A stretch of 64,000 nt of DNA from a virus. The stretch is from IMG/VR virus record IMGVR_UViG_3300043410_001256, positions 30,880-94,879 of that record; one strand, written 5' to 3'. Within the stretch, counting starts at the first letter, position 1. Each line of letters opens with the position of its first letter. This document shows positions 27,403-42,400 of the stretch, piece after piece. The translations under genes were made by a program, and so were the position numbers. The notes below the pieces were generated by a model. It had not been told where the DNA came from. It saw only the letters and a program-made list of their open reading frames with translations, and searched no databases.

Positions 27403-30400
27403 ATGTCTATTAAAAGTATAAATCTTTTACCTGAAGTATTCCGCAGTGAAACTAACAAAAAGTTTCTTGCAGCCACCGTTGATCAATTGATCAGCGAAGC
27501 AGACACCACTGTACGAGTTGATTCTTATATTGGTCGTCAAGATGCACCAGCATGGAGCACTGGCGACACTTATATCAAAGAACCAAACACAGATAGGAAA
27601 AACTATCAACTTGAATCTTCGGTACTAGTAGATGCTGGTCAAGGCCAGACTGACTTTTACAATGGCTATCTAGATCTATTACAACAAATTTCATACTATG
27701 GTGGTTTAACAAATGACCATAGCAGATTGTTCAGCAGTGACAGTTACACATTTGATGGTTGTTTTGACATTGACAAGTTTGTTAACTTTACACAATACCT
27801 ATGGCTACCAAATGGCCCGCCAGAAGTTACTGTAACCGCGAGCAATCTAGATGTTTCGTCTCTGTACAATGTCAGCAGATCACTTGCTGTACAAGGTTAT
27901 CAGTTTACTGAATTTGGTAACGATAAAAACCCTATCATCACATTGATCAAAGGACAAACATATCGTATCAAGGTTAACCAGCCAGGTCATCCATTTTGGA
28001 TCCAAACAAATCTAGGTGCCACTGGAACCTACAGCGAAAGTGCAACCGAACTAAGTCGCCGTGTGCTCGGCGTAAACAACAATGGTATTGATGTTGGCGA
28101 AATTGAATTCAGCGTACCAGCTGGCAATGCACAGGATACTTTCTTAACAGCAAAAACAGCAGCCACAGTTGATTTTGCCACAACTAAAAAATACAGCCAA
28201 ATTCAAGGCGCAATGACTAACCAGCTTGCTCTCATTGGAGGCATTGATGGAGTTAGTCAAGGTTTGAATGGCAAGACTCTAATCTTTTTAACTGATGACA
28301 ACAACAATGATGCCTGGACAGATCCTGGTAACTTTGACGTAGGTACAGAAAACGGTCAGCCGGGTACATTTGATTACGACGGCGAAGGATTTGAAGCAGG
28401 TGATACCGTTGCAGGTGTAAACCGCAAGGGAATTTTTAGAATTCGTTTGGTTTCTGTTGCAGGCGGTCGTCAAATTGTTAAACTGGATCCTATCCAACAA
28501 GTTGCATTGGGAGAAAAAGTCTACGTCAAAGCAGGTACAAAAAATTCCAACGTTGAATATCTATTGAATCAATCAAATCAATATGAAGCAGTTCCTCCTC
28601 TTACTGCTTCGTTGGATACCTTGTACTATCAAGACGGGTCAGACAACAAGTTTGCTGGTATTATTAGACTGGTGAATCCAGGCACAGAAACAATTAACAT
28701 CGACGAAGATATCGTTGGTAAAGTAAACTATACAAGTCCTAACCAGGTGGTGTTTACCAACGGTCTGCATGTTAGATTTGATGATACTGCAATTCCAAGT
28801 TCTTATGCTAACAACAATTACATTGTTGAAGGTGTAGGCGATGCAATTAAATTGATCAGCATTGGTAATTTCAGTTCTCCTGAAAACTATGCACAACTCA
28901 GCAATCTTGCAACTCCTGACTATATTACGATTAATCGCGCCAGCCGCGATCTAAATGCTTGGTCCAGAAGCAACCGTTGGTTCCATATTGAAACAATTGA
29001 ATCAGCAGCCAAGTACAGAGAAGAGCCAGCATTGCTGGACATATCGGGTATACAAAGAGCCAAGCGTCCAATCATTGAATTTGATCCAGACATTTATTTG
29101 TTTGACTATGGTCGCACAGCCAAAAGCCCAGTTGATATAATTGACTTTACTATCACTGATGCTTTCAAAGAAGTTGAAGGACAAACGAACTATGTAATTC
29201 GTATGCCCAACGGCGTTACACGTGCTCTTACTGCTGGTACACGAATTATTTTTGCTGCCGACGAAGATCCAGAAGTAAACAACAAGATCTACAGAGTTGA
29301 TTTTATTACAACCAGCACTGGAACACAGATTCACTTGGTGAGTCAAAACACCAGCACGTTGCCAACATACACAGTAAATTCTGCTGTAATAACATCAAAT
29401 CTAAGCTACAACTTTATACCAAGTGTAACATTCTCTTCTCCACTGCCAGGCATTGGCACAGAAGTTGCTACAGGTAATGTAGTTCTAAAAACATCCGGTG
29501 TTGATTCAATTGGCGTAAACAATTCAGGCATCAGCTATGTTGCTGATCCTTATATTTCTATCAGCAGTGATTACACCACCGCAGTTGAAACCAATATTGT
29601 ATACCAGCCTTACAAGCACGTTGACTACATTAGACTTGTTGCACGTGGTACTGGCTACACAGCAACCAATCCAAATGTACACATCAGTAATCCTAATACC
29701 TACTATGCAGTAATTTCAAATGCCACAGTAGGACAGTTTGGTTTAACTTTTGAAGCCAATGGCATTACAACCAGTCAATGGCTAGGCATACAACCAGGCG
29801 CTCAGGTAATTGGTAACGGTATCATTGGCGGAACAATTATTACAGCAGTAGATCAAACTGCAAACTTGATCACAATCAATGCACCTGCTATTTCAGCTAA
29901 CGTTGATTCAGTGCCACCTATTTCAGGTATTACCACAGTGGCCATTGGTGACCAGTGGGTGTTCAAGACCAATGTAACTGCTGGCACTTATGCAGTTGTA
30001 CAATCTACTGTACAAAATGCCAAGACTGTTACAGTTGATGATACCAGCATGATTGATGTTGGTATGATTGTCAGCGGCGGCGAACGACCAATATCTATAT
30101 CCAGTATAAGAATTGATGTTGTGCCAACTCGTGTAATTACTTCATCACTGCACAATCTCAATGACGGAGACTTGATCTTTATTCGCGATATTGTTGGTAC
30201 AGTTGAATTAAACTTTTCACGTTACTATGTAAAACGAATCAGCGAAACTGCAATTGATTTGTACACAGACTCTAGTTTTTCTACTGCCGCACAACAAGAC
30301 TCACGTAACTTTACAGACTATGTAAGCGGTGGTTTGATCACTGCCTACACCATTGACTATGCTCAAACAAAAGTAGCAAAGGTGTTAAGTTCTACACAGT

Positions 30401-33400
30401 TTGTAACAGACAAGAATGTAACAATTCGTGCTGGCGCAAAACTGGTGTTTGCAGGTGTTCCTGCTACTGCTATTGCACGTAGCGATGGTAACTCCATTTA
30501 TAATATTTCCGTTACCAATGCCGGCTCCGGATATGCATCTGCACCAACTGTTACCATTGAAGACACACAAGGTAACCAGGCCACTGCAACTGCTGTGGTA
30601 AATGATAATCTTATTAGCTATGTTGAAATTGTAAACCCAGGCGCTGGTTACAAAGTTGGTGAAAATGTACAAGCTGAAATTGTAAGTTATGTAGAACTGA
30701 AAACATCGGCTACATCAACTTACGGAACTGATACTTTGTATTTTGCAGAAGGCACAGACCTTAGTGCAATTAAACCAGGTTGGTTGGTATTCTTGGTTTC
30801 TACTATTAACGGCAATGAGTTGTATACAGATTTTGGATTGACTCCGTATGCGGAAACAGATTACACTGGACCAAATCCGGATGACTACATTTCGTTTATG
30901 GATATTGCACTAACACGTGCAGATATTCGTACAGTTGTTACTGTGGACACCGATCGTTTGGTATTAGATGGGCCTATTAGAAGCTTAGACTCAGATGGCG
31001 AAGTAATTGACTTGCCATTGGATTCCAAGATTTTTGTAACTTGCCAAAGCAGATTCTTCACAGAAGACGGTTATGGTTCTAGTGCTAGAGTTCCAGGAAA
31101 TACAAAATCTGGATTCCTTAGTGTTGCAGAAATCGTAACTGGCAATGAAATGGTTCTAGACACCGTTGCAGGTGTACAACCTGGCATGGTAGTTAAAGAT
31201 GTATCTGGATACATTTCCTATACCGTTACTGTATTAAACGTTGATGCTTATACTAGAAGAATTAAACTTTCCGGTGACGTTACTGTTCCAGCACTAACAC
31301 CAGTTTATTTCAACAACAATGCAGACATAACAGCAACCATTGCATCATCTGAAATTGACTACATTGACATTACAAATTCAGGTCGTGGATATGTACATGC
31401 TCCACAAATAACTATTGAATCATTGTATCCTGTTGTTACCAAGGTGGCAGCATGTACTGGCAGCACAAATTTAATCACATACCTTGATCCAACAACTCTA
31501 GCACCAATTCAGTACCAGTCTGGTAAAGTACTAAAAGTTGACACCTACACTGGTGTAGTTGTTGGTGCAAAAGTAACAAGTACCTATGATAACTTTGGTG
31601 TTGGTTTAACCACTGGTGCAAATACACCTAAAGTTGTAGCATTGGTTCTAGAACAAACAGCGTCTGCGGTGTTTGAAAAGAGAATTGTATTAGATATACT
31701 ACAACCTGAGTTCAGTGACATCGAAGTAACATTTACCTATGCCGCCGAAGCAGTGGCATTAATTGATCAGCAGAACTCTGCAATAGATGTCGAAGACACC
31801 ACACCAGAAACATATGATGTTGGCGATACTGTGGTTGTTAATATTCCTACTAACGCTAGACAAACTTCGACTAATATTGTTACATACAATCAATATTATT
31901 TTACAGGCACAGAATGGTTGCCTGCACAACAAAAATCAGACACCAATCAAGAACCACTGTTTGATGCGTTTGATAAAAATGGATACAGTGCCGGCGATGG
32001 TACTACATACCCTGGTACTAAATTCACAGGTACCAAGATCTTTGGATATCGCATAGGCTCGGGTAAAGCAGACACTGTGCTGAATTTCTCACTGACCTAT
32101 AAGAATTTCCAAAACGTTGGTGATATTGAATTCTCTAACTACTTCCAGACCGATACGTTTAGTTACTTGTTAGGGTTTGGCGAAGTTTCAATTCCAATTA
32201 AGAACTTTGTTCTTAAACAAAGCACCAGCGACAGTTATCGTTTAAGAAACATCTGGACTCCAGTTACTGAAAAATCAAAACAGTATCAGGTTATCACACA
32301 TCAATATGATGGTACAACCAACTATTTTGAAGTTGACATTGAACCAGAAACCAGCAACACAATACCTTACTTAAAAGTATTTGTTGGAACTACCCTGCTG
32401 GATTCAACACAGTATGTGCTTACACAGTTTGGCGGTCGCAAGGCTATTGTTATTAACACATCTAACCTTGACACCAACAAACAGGTTATTATTAAAATAT
32501 ACAGCAAGTCACAGTCTACAATTGGACATTATGAAACACCAGTTAACTTTGATTTGAATCCATTGAATAATAACTTTGAGTATTTGACACTGGGACAAAT
32601 TAGAAATCACCTGGTTACCAAAACACAAAATCACTATGGTTTAGTTGGCCCAACACTGGGAAATAATAACCTACGCAACATTTCTAATAAGAGCTGGCAA
32701 GGCTCAATTCTACAACACGCAAGTCCTGTGGCCATGGCAGCTTTGTTTATGACAGACAAAGATTTGAATGTTGTTCAGGCAATCGAATTTGCACAAAAAG
32801 AATATTCTAAGTTCAAGAATCGTTTCTTGGACATGGCAGCTAAGTCACAGATTGACCCATACGATATTCCTGCATCGGTTGATCGTGTATTAGAAAGCAT
32901 CATGGTAGGTAAGAGCTCAATGAGCCCGTGGTACGACAGCGACATGGTTCCATACGGATCAAAGTTCCGTAAAACCACTCGCATACCAGTGTTGAATGTA
33001 AGACAAAAAACATATCTGATTCCAGATACTTTTGATCCTACTGTGCTATCTCGTCGTGCGGTATTGGTATACTTACAAGACACAACCACTAGAACTGTTC
33101 AACAGTTAATAAGAGGAATTGATTTTGATTTCCTAACTGATACTTCTAGTATTCTTGTTAAAGACTCTGTGTCCTTAACCTACACCAGCGTGATTGTTAT
33201 TGTTGACTATTCAACCACGGTAGAAAACTACATTCCAGAAACTCCAACCAAGTTGGGAATGTATCCTAAATTTACACCTACTTTGATAGTTGACGATTCT
33301 TACAGAACTCCTATCAATGTTATTCAAGGACACGATGGTAGCCTAACCCCTGCATTCAATGACTATCGTGATGATATGTTGTTGGAACTAGAGCGTAGAA

Positions 33401-36400
33401 TTTACAATAATATCAAAGTTGAATACGACGATACATTGTTAGAAATCTATGATGATATTCCTGGTAAGTTTAGATCTACAGATTATTCTAGACAAGAATT
33501 TAATCAGCTGATCACAAGAACATTCCTTAGCTGGATTGGCAACAACCGATTAGACTACAGTTCAAATAGTTACTTTGATCCAAACAATTCTTGGACCTGG
33601 AACTATGCACGTTTCAAAGACAGCACAGGAGAATCTTTACCTGGCTACTGGCGCGGTGTTTACAAATATTTCTATGATACTGATCGTCCACACACCATGC
33701 CATGGGAGATGCTTGGCTTTAGTACCAAGCCAGACTGGTGGGAAACATACTATGGTCCAGCACCATACACCAGCGGTAACAAAGTTTTGTGGGAAGACCT
33801 AGAAGCAGGACGCATAGTTGATGGCACACGTGCTGGCATTGATTTGCGTTTTGCCCGTCCTGGACTGTCAAAGATTATTCCAGTGACTGATACAGGAGAG
33901 CTGGTGAGCCCAATTAATCTTGGCGTTACCAATTACAATCCTACGGATACCAGTGCATCGTTTAGCATTGGAGACCACGGACCTGTTGAAACAGCATGGC
34001 GTCGTAGCAGTGACTATCCATATGCTGTACAAATTGCATTGATCCTGGCAAGACCTGGGTTCTATCTAGGCACACAGTTTGATAACAATAGATATCGCTA
34101 TGATTCAGAACTAAAACAAATCACTGATATCACCAGTCGTCAACGTTTGATCTTGGATCAGATTGTTGTACCAGATTCTGGATTAAAAGACAGCGATGTT
34201 GCGCTCACAGCCGGATACAGTAACTGGATAAGAGATTTCCTAGTACAACAAGGTATTGACGGATCAGCACGTATGCGCGATTGGCTCAAACGTTTGGATG
34301 TACGTTTAAGTTACAAGCTGGCTGGCTTCACTGACAAGAACATGATGGAAGTTGTAGCAGAGCAAAGTAGTCCAGGAGGTAGCGGACGCAACATTATTAT
34401 TCCTGACGAAAACTACAGAGTTCATCTGCACAAGAGCACACCAGTAAAGCGTTTAATCTACAGTGCTATTATTGTAGAAGTAACCACCAATGGTTGGAAA
34501 GTCAGCGGATACGATATTCTAAGACCATACTTTACTATTGTACCTAGCGAAATTAACAACAATGCTTATAGTATCAGCGAGCTAGGATTAAGTGTAAGAG
34601 TATACAGAGATTATCAACTGCGTAAGTTGACAATACCATATGGCTTTGAATTCAAAACGCATCAACAGCTTGCAGACTTCTTGACCAGTTATGGTCGCTA
34701 TCTAACAGCCAATGGATTTAACTTTGAAAGAAACAATGATGAGCTAGGTACAGCACAAGACTGGGACTTGGCTATTCGCGAATTCCTAACCTGGAGTAGA
34801 CAAGGTTGGGCACCCGGTAATGTTATTGTATTGAGCCCAGTGGGTAGCAATATTTCTGTGACAGCTGATTACGGTGTAGTTGATCATATTACTAATAGAC
34901 TGATTGGCAACAAACTGCTGGATCAAAACTTTGCATTAATTCGTCAAGGCGATTATACAGTAACTCGCGATCAAGGCGTGTTTACTGCAAATGCATTATA
35001 TGGCAAGATGATTGCGCTGGCCGACTTGAGCTTGGTTGAATACGAACATGTGTTGATATTTGACAACCAGACTGTGTTCAACGATGTAATCTATCAGCCT
35101 GAGATTGGTAACAGACAATATCGGTTGCGTCTAATTGGCTTTAAGTCAGGCAACTGGACTGGTCAATTGAATGCCCCTGGTTATATCTACAACAGCCAGG
35201 AAGTTGACGAATGGCAACCTGGCGGAACTTACAGCATTGGCAGCTTGGTCAGTTACAAGAACCAATATTTTGTAGCATTACAAAAGGTTCCTGAAAGCAC
35301 AACGTTTAATTTCAACTACTGGAAGCCAATCGACAAGAACAGAATTAAAACAGGCCTATTACCAAACTTGTCAAATTCCGCAGGACGCTTGAAACATGTC
35401 TATGACATGGAGTACCAAGACCGCGATGAAAACTTTGACAAATACTCATATGGCTTGATTGGTTTTAGAAACAGAGAATATCTAAATGATTTGGGTATTG
35501 AAAATCGTGCCCAGGTTAAATTCTATCAAGGCTACATTAAACAAAAAGGTACAAAGAACGCAATTGAAAGATTAACATCTGGAAACTTTGATAGAGTTAC
35601 CAGTGAAATCACATTGTACGAAGAATGGGCCTTGCGTGTTGGCGAATACGGTGCCACTGGCAGTGATCAGTACATTGAAGTAGAACTCAGTGACCAATCA
35701 TTTACAGAAGATCCTGCTACTATTAATCTGCTGGACAAAGACGAAGCAGATGTATCAGGCGTAATTAACTTTACTCCATACACAATCTATAGAACCAGTG
35801 AAGAAAACTACAGCAAGAATATTGTAAAAACTAGATCTGACCTAAAGCCAAGAATTGGTGATAACGTCACTGCTGGTTATCCACGCTTGGATGACGTAGA
35901 CGGTACAATCTATAACATTGAAAATTATCAAAACTACTATCAGTTGGTAAACACACTGGGCGCAGGATACAAACTGTGGGTAGCTGTTGATTTCAACAAG
36001 AGTTGGAATATGTATCGTGCTACAGAAACAGATGTATTGTTGAATTCTATTACTAGAACCAGTGGAACAGATTTACTGTTTACATTTGATAAGCCTCATG
36101 GCGCAAGTGTAAAAGAATTAATTGTAATCAAGAACTTTAACAACAATGAATTTGATGGTTTCTACATTGTTAAAACAATCGAAGACAACTTGAGTGTTCT
36201 TGTTACAGGCTATCGTGGACTAGAAACATTTGCTCAAGTGCAAAGTGTTGAAAGTGAAGGCGTATACTTTAGAATGATCAGTGTACGATTCAACTTGGTA
36301 AGTGAAATTATTGAATTTACACCACCACATGGATGGAGAGATCAGGACCGTGTCTGGGTAGACAACGATCAAGCAGAAAATGTTTGGGGTGTGTTCCAAA

Positions 36401-39400
36401 AGATTGACGGTTGGCAGTTTGATCAATTGTTACCATTGCGTCAAGGTGAAGATCGTTACCAAGAGGGATATGGTAGTGAAGTTAGATTAAGTTCCGACAA
36501 TCAGATTATTTTAGCAGGTACACCATACTTTACCAATGGATCATTAACTGGACTACGAATTATTGATCCAGGTGCTAACTATTCAAACCCTGTGGTTAGA
36601 ATCACTGCTCCTACTGGATTAAATGGCGAACAAGCAAGTTTCTCTGTTACCAAAGACAACGGTACTTTAACCAAGGCCAACGTGCTTACAACTGGCGCTG
36701 GTTATACTATTTCTCCAAACGTTACCTTGCTAGACGAGTGGAATACTATAACCACAGCAGAAACATTAAACACAGATTGGTTGTATGTTAGCACAGCTGA
36801 CTTGGATCACATCTATCTAGGCGATTATGTAATCGGCGATGGTATCCCGGCTGATTATCAAGTAACTGATACTGACTTAGCCGGACATCGTGTTAAGATT
36901 GAAGGACCAGCATACGCCGGATTGATCAGTGCTACACCTATTCCTGTAGCCACAGGCACAGTAACATTTACAACCAATTTGCCAGCCACATTAACACCAA
37001 TTGTACCAGGTGCTGGTATTCGTGCGTACAAGACTGGTGACCTTTCTACGTACATTGAAGGTTATGTAATTGATTTTACTGGTACAACATTAACAGCACA
37101 AATTGAAATAGTTCAAGGTACTGGCTCAGCAACCAGCTGGGTAATCACAACCAGCCTAAGTGTACGCAGTGGCAAAGATGTTAAATTCTATAGAGGCACT
37201 GGTGGCCGCGTAGTATCAAAACTAAGTCCTACAGGTGTAGACTACATAGAAATTGTCAACGGCGGCAGTGGATTTATTATCACTCCAACTGTTGAAATTG
37301 TTGGCGGTGGTGGCTTTGGTGCAACTGCACGTGCAGTACTAACAGGTGGTCGTATCACCGAAGTTGTTATTACTAACCAAGGTTCTGGATATACAGAAGA
37401 ACCTGAAGTGATTTTGTTAACCAACAACCCAACTCCTGTTACACTAAGAGCTAGATTAAAACTAACATCAGTTGACCAATTTGTTATTACTGACAAAGGA
37501 CAAGATTACAGAGAACCAACCATTACAATCTCAACACACTCAAGCGATTATGCAAATAACGCACGTGCAGATTTAAGTTTTTACAGTAATGGTGGTATAC
37601 AATCAGTTGGATTTACTGGTGCTACAGCCAGCCGTGGAAGAAGTTACGGATCTGGTACAATCATTACCATGGCAAACAGCGCCACTGGTAGCGGATTCTC
37701 TGGCACCGTGACAACTTTTGCCAATGGTGCAATTAACACTATTACCATATTGAATCCAGGCAGTGATTACGATACTCAATACACTTATGCTAATTTGTAC
37801 TACGGTGGCGGCACTGGTGCAACGGGTAATATTGGACGTACCATTGACGGTATTTCTAACTTTACTGGAACCAGTGTTATCAGCTATGGTCAAGGTTATT
37901 TAGAAATTCCAACAGTTGAAATTGTTGACCTGTCAGGAACAGGTAGTGGTGCTATTGTTGAAGCAGTATTGCCAATTGGACAAGTTAAGACATTCTTACG
38001 CCCTGACCAAAACAAAACAACAATCGAAGAAACACAGTTGATCAAGCCGTTTAACAGCTATGCTAGAGAATTTGGCTACAGCGTTGACATTGGCACAATT
38101 CTTGCTGCCATTGGTGCACCAGGATCTTATAACGACACTGGTGGTGTTTTCATAAGCCAGACGCTAGGATCACAGTGGATCAGCTATCAATTGCTATACC
38201 CAGCAGATCTAATGGCAGGCGATAGATTTGGTCATAGCGTTGCAATGAGCCCAGATCAACAGTGGATCTACATTGGTGCACCAGGTGCTAACAAAGTATA
38301 TGCATATGGTAAGAAAACACAGAACTATTCTCGTGTTACTTTAACACCTGTGACAAATCAGTTATCCTATGCAACGAACTTGTTTAATTTGAAATCAGCA
38401 AGCGAATTGAAAGTATTAGGTAGCAACGGTAAACTATACGAACCAAACTTTGACTACACAGTTGACAACGCTGGTGGTATCTATTTTGCTGATTATGATC
38501 GTATTGCGACACAAGAAAAGATTTACATCAACCGTTTGCGCTTGCAGACAACTATTACACCAACTATTATTAGAAATCTAGTTACTAGAAGTTATGCGCT
38601 GGAAAGCCGCCCTGAAACCATTGACCAACTGTTGGTGTATGGCGCAACAGGCCGTGTGTTTGTGCCCAACAGAGAATACACTGTTATCGGCGGCAACATT
38701 GTATTCTTAACAGACGACTTCTTGAGTGAGCCAACTATTGTTGTGGTGCAGAAAGACGTATTCTATCAATTGGTAGACGTAATTGAACCGCCTGATTCTA
38801 TCAACAGCGACGCTAACTTTGGTTGGAGCGTCAAGTGTGACCAAGGAGGCTATAGAATAATTGTTGGCGCTCCAGACGTTGACGACATGGATGTAGATAT
38901 GAACACAATACCTAGTGCAGGTAGAGTGTACACATTCAGTCGCAGTTACGAAGTATTGCTAAGTTTGGGCGACACCAACATCTACACACTAGATGCATTG
39001 CGTAACGTGGTAGCGGTAACCATCGACAACATTCTACTAACCAACCTGGTTGACTATAATGTTGAAGGTAACTCTATTGTTCTTTCTGTTATTCCTCGTA
39101 ACGGTGCCCGCATCAAGATCGATACAAACTTCTTCAACATAATTCAAATCTTGCCTTGCCCAACAGTGGTTAACCTAGGACGTTTTGGATACACAGTTGA
39201 TATCAGCCCTGACAACAAGAGCCTTGTAGTTGGTAGTCCGGGGTATCGCGATGAAGTTTACTACAACGGCCAAGTGTATCGTTATGTAAACAAAGGCTTG
39301 TACTACGGAACAGTTACAACAGAAAAGACTTATCTTGAAGTTGGCGTTACACTAGGCGACACTATTAAGATCAACGACAAGAATGCATCATTGAGTCAGA

Positions 39401-42400
39401 TTGTTCCTGGCGTTACATCAAATGTAAATGCCATGTTCAGTACCATTGCTAACGAGATTTCTCTTGCATCCAACGTTGGATTGGCAATTGGTGACAGCGT
39501 GATTGGTCCAGACATCAAGAAAACTGACCGCATTCAGATCACTGGATGGGCAGGTGCGTCTCCTGGTTATTATTCTAACGTTATTGTTAATTTGCCTGTT
39601 ACTGTGAGTGCAGGCGACAGCTTGCAATTTATTCGCTATGGTGATAACCTTGACAAGATCAAGAAAAACTTGGATGCGGCAAACGCAGTTGCGGTAGAAA
39701 CCACAGTTGATGAAAGTGGATACTTGACCATTGCTGTTAAGACAGACAGTAATCTTGGTGCATTGGATATTTTACCTGGTGCAAGCGGAACTGCATTAGA
39801 TGGCATTGGACTTAAAATATATGAACTAACACAGGTATTGCAACACCCACGTTATGGCGTGCCAGAAAAGTTTGGTACAAGAGTTGCAATTGATGACACA
39901 GGTAACACAGTGGCAGTTGCCAGCGAAGGCGGTAACACTCTGAAGACCAGTACCTTTGACGGCAAGCTAACCTTGTTTGACACAGACACCACACGATTCA
40001 TTGACAGTTTGAATGCATCTGGTGCAGTATACTTGTATGACTATTTGAACCCTCCGGGCGAAACACTAGCAAATCCTGGCAAACTGTTGTACAACCAAGT
40101 TCTACAAAACGCCTTTGTTCTAACAGGCGACAACTTTGGTAGTTCAGTTGATGTTAACAGAGGCTGGGCGCTGGTTGGTGCGGACCGCAGTGATTATCAC
40201 AGTCCTGACGCAGGTGCGGTACACATGTTTGTTAACGAAAAGAATGTCAAGGGTTGGAGCAGACTGCGTGAACGTGGCGACCAAATTGACATTGACTATA
40301 TTAACAAAGCCTTGTTGTACGATAAAGTAAAACAAGTGTCTATCATTGACCTAGACTATTTTGATCCTGTCAAAGGCAAGATCCTGGGTATTGTTGATCA
40401 GGACCTGGACTACAAGAGCAGTTACGATCCTGCACAATACAATCGTGGTGTAAGAACAACCGTAAACATTGCAGAAGACAGCAGTTGGAATGCATCGCAA
40501 GTTGGACAAACCTGGTGGGACTTATCCTTGTGCCGTTATATTGATTACGAACAAGGTCCATTGAATTATCGTAGCACCAATTGGGGTACACTATTCCCAG
40601 ACAGCCAGATTCAGGTTGCTGAATGGGTATCAAGTCCTGTGTTGCCAAGTCAATACGCAGAATTCTCAGGCGACGGACAAGCCAAGTATCCCGACAACAG
40701 TGCCTATGTTGAAGAAGCATACTACGAAAGCACATCGGGGTTGATCAAAACACAGTACTACTTCTGGGTAGTAAACAAGCAGTTGTTTGATAGAACCAAA
40801 ACATCTCGTGTGTCCAGCGTGGTAACACTGGAATCATTGATCAGCGATCCAGCGGCACAAGGAGTTCCTTATGTCGCGGCTATTGCATCAAATGCTTTCA
40901 ACATCTATAACTTCAAGGAATATCTAAAAGCCAGCGACACTGTGTTCCGTTTAGAATACAGTCGCAAGCTAGGCGATATTATCAGTCATAATGAATACGA
41001 ATTGATTCAGCAAGGTGATGAAAATGCTCGCATACCGCAAAAGCTAATCAGCAAACTAATTGATAGTTTGAGTGGAGAAAACTCAACTGGTGCAGTTGTT
41101 CCTGATTTGAAGCTGACCACAGCAGATGCATATGGTATCAGTAATCTACCAAGACAGAGTATGATTATTGATAATCTGTCTGCTGCCAAGGTATTTGTAT
41201 CTTTTGTTAATAACATACTGTTGAAGAAGCAGATAAACAATAAACGTAATCTAGCTCGTTTCTATGCCGCAGAAGAAATACCAGCAGCTGGAGTTGGATT
41301 CTATGATGCTGCCGTTGATACAGTAGATCAGTTGTTGTACATTCCAGCAAGCGAATTGTTTGACGGATTCAAAGTACTAGTCAAAGTAGACTCAGACTTC
41401 TTCAACTACTGGACCATTTACGAATACAATCAGTATGTTGGATTCCGTATGATTCGAATCCAAAGTTATGATACATCACGTTGGTGGAACTTTGCTGATT
41501 GGTATGCTGATGGCTATGACCAGTATACCAACATAGATTATATTGTTAATCGTTATAACGACATTGCCAAACTAAGTTTGAATGTTGGCAATACTGTTAA
41601 AGTGCTTGACCTAGGCAAAGGCTTGTATTCTGTATACGAATATCAAGTTGATGGATCACTGATTGAAGTAATTGCAGAAAAAGGAACTATACAACTCAGT
41701 TCTGGATTGTACAATACTGATATAAGCAGAACAGGTTTTGATAATTCAGCGTTTGACCAAGTTGGATTCTCAACCACACAAAGTATTGAACTGCGTAATA
41801 TCTTTGAAGGTCTAGTATACGATATCTTTGTTAACGAAGATCAAGTTGAAATCAACAACTTGTTCTTTACATTGTTGAACTATATCTTGAGCGAACAGGT
41901 AGTTGTTGACTGGGCTATTAAAACCAGCTTGGTTACTGTGCTACACAAAATTCGTAAACTTGAACAGTTTACAAACTACATCAAAGATAACCAAACTTAC
42001 TACGAGTCTTATATCAATGAAGTTAAACCTTATAGAACACAAATACGCGAGTATCTACTAGACTATAATGGTATAGAAAACCTCAATCCTGGTGTAAGCG
42101 ACTTTGACTTCCCGTCATACTATGACAAGTCAATTGGCAATTACAAAGTGCTTGATCCTGCTAACGCAAGAGATTTGATCTTGATTAACGGCAGCAACAG
42201 ACGCGACTGGATTGAAAATTACAAGTATCGAATTCAAAGTCTAGCACTAAATTCTGGCGGAGCAGGATATACTATTGCTCCACGTGTGTCAATCACAGGT
42301 GGCGGCGGCACTGGTGCTACTGCACGTGCGGTTCTTGGTATCCCAGTCGCAGACGGTACCGCATCAGTTGTTGAAGTAATTCTTACAAACCCTGGATCAG

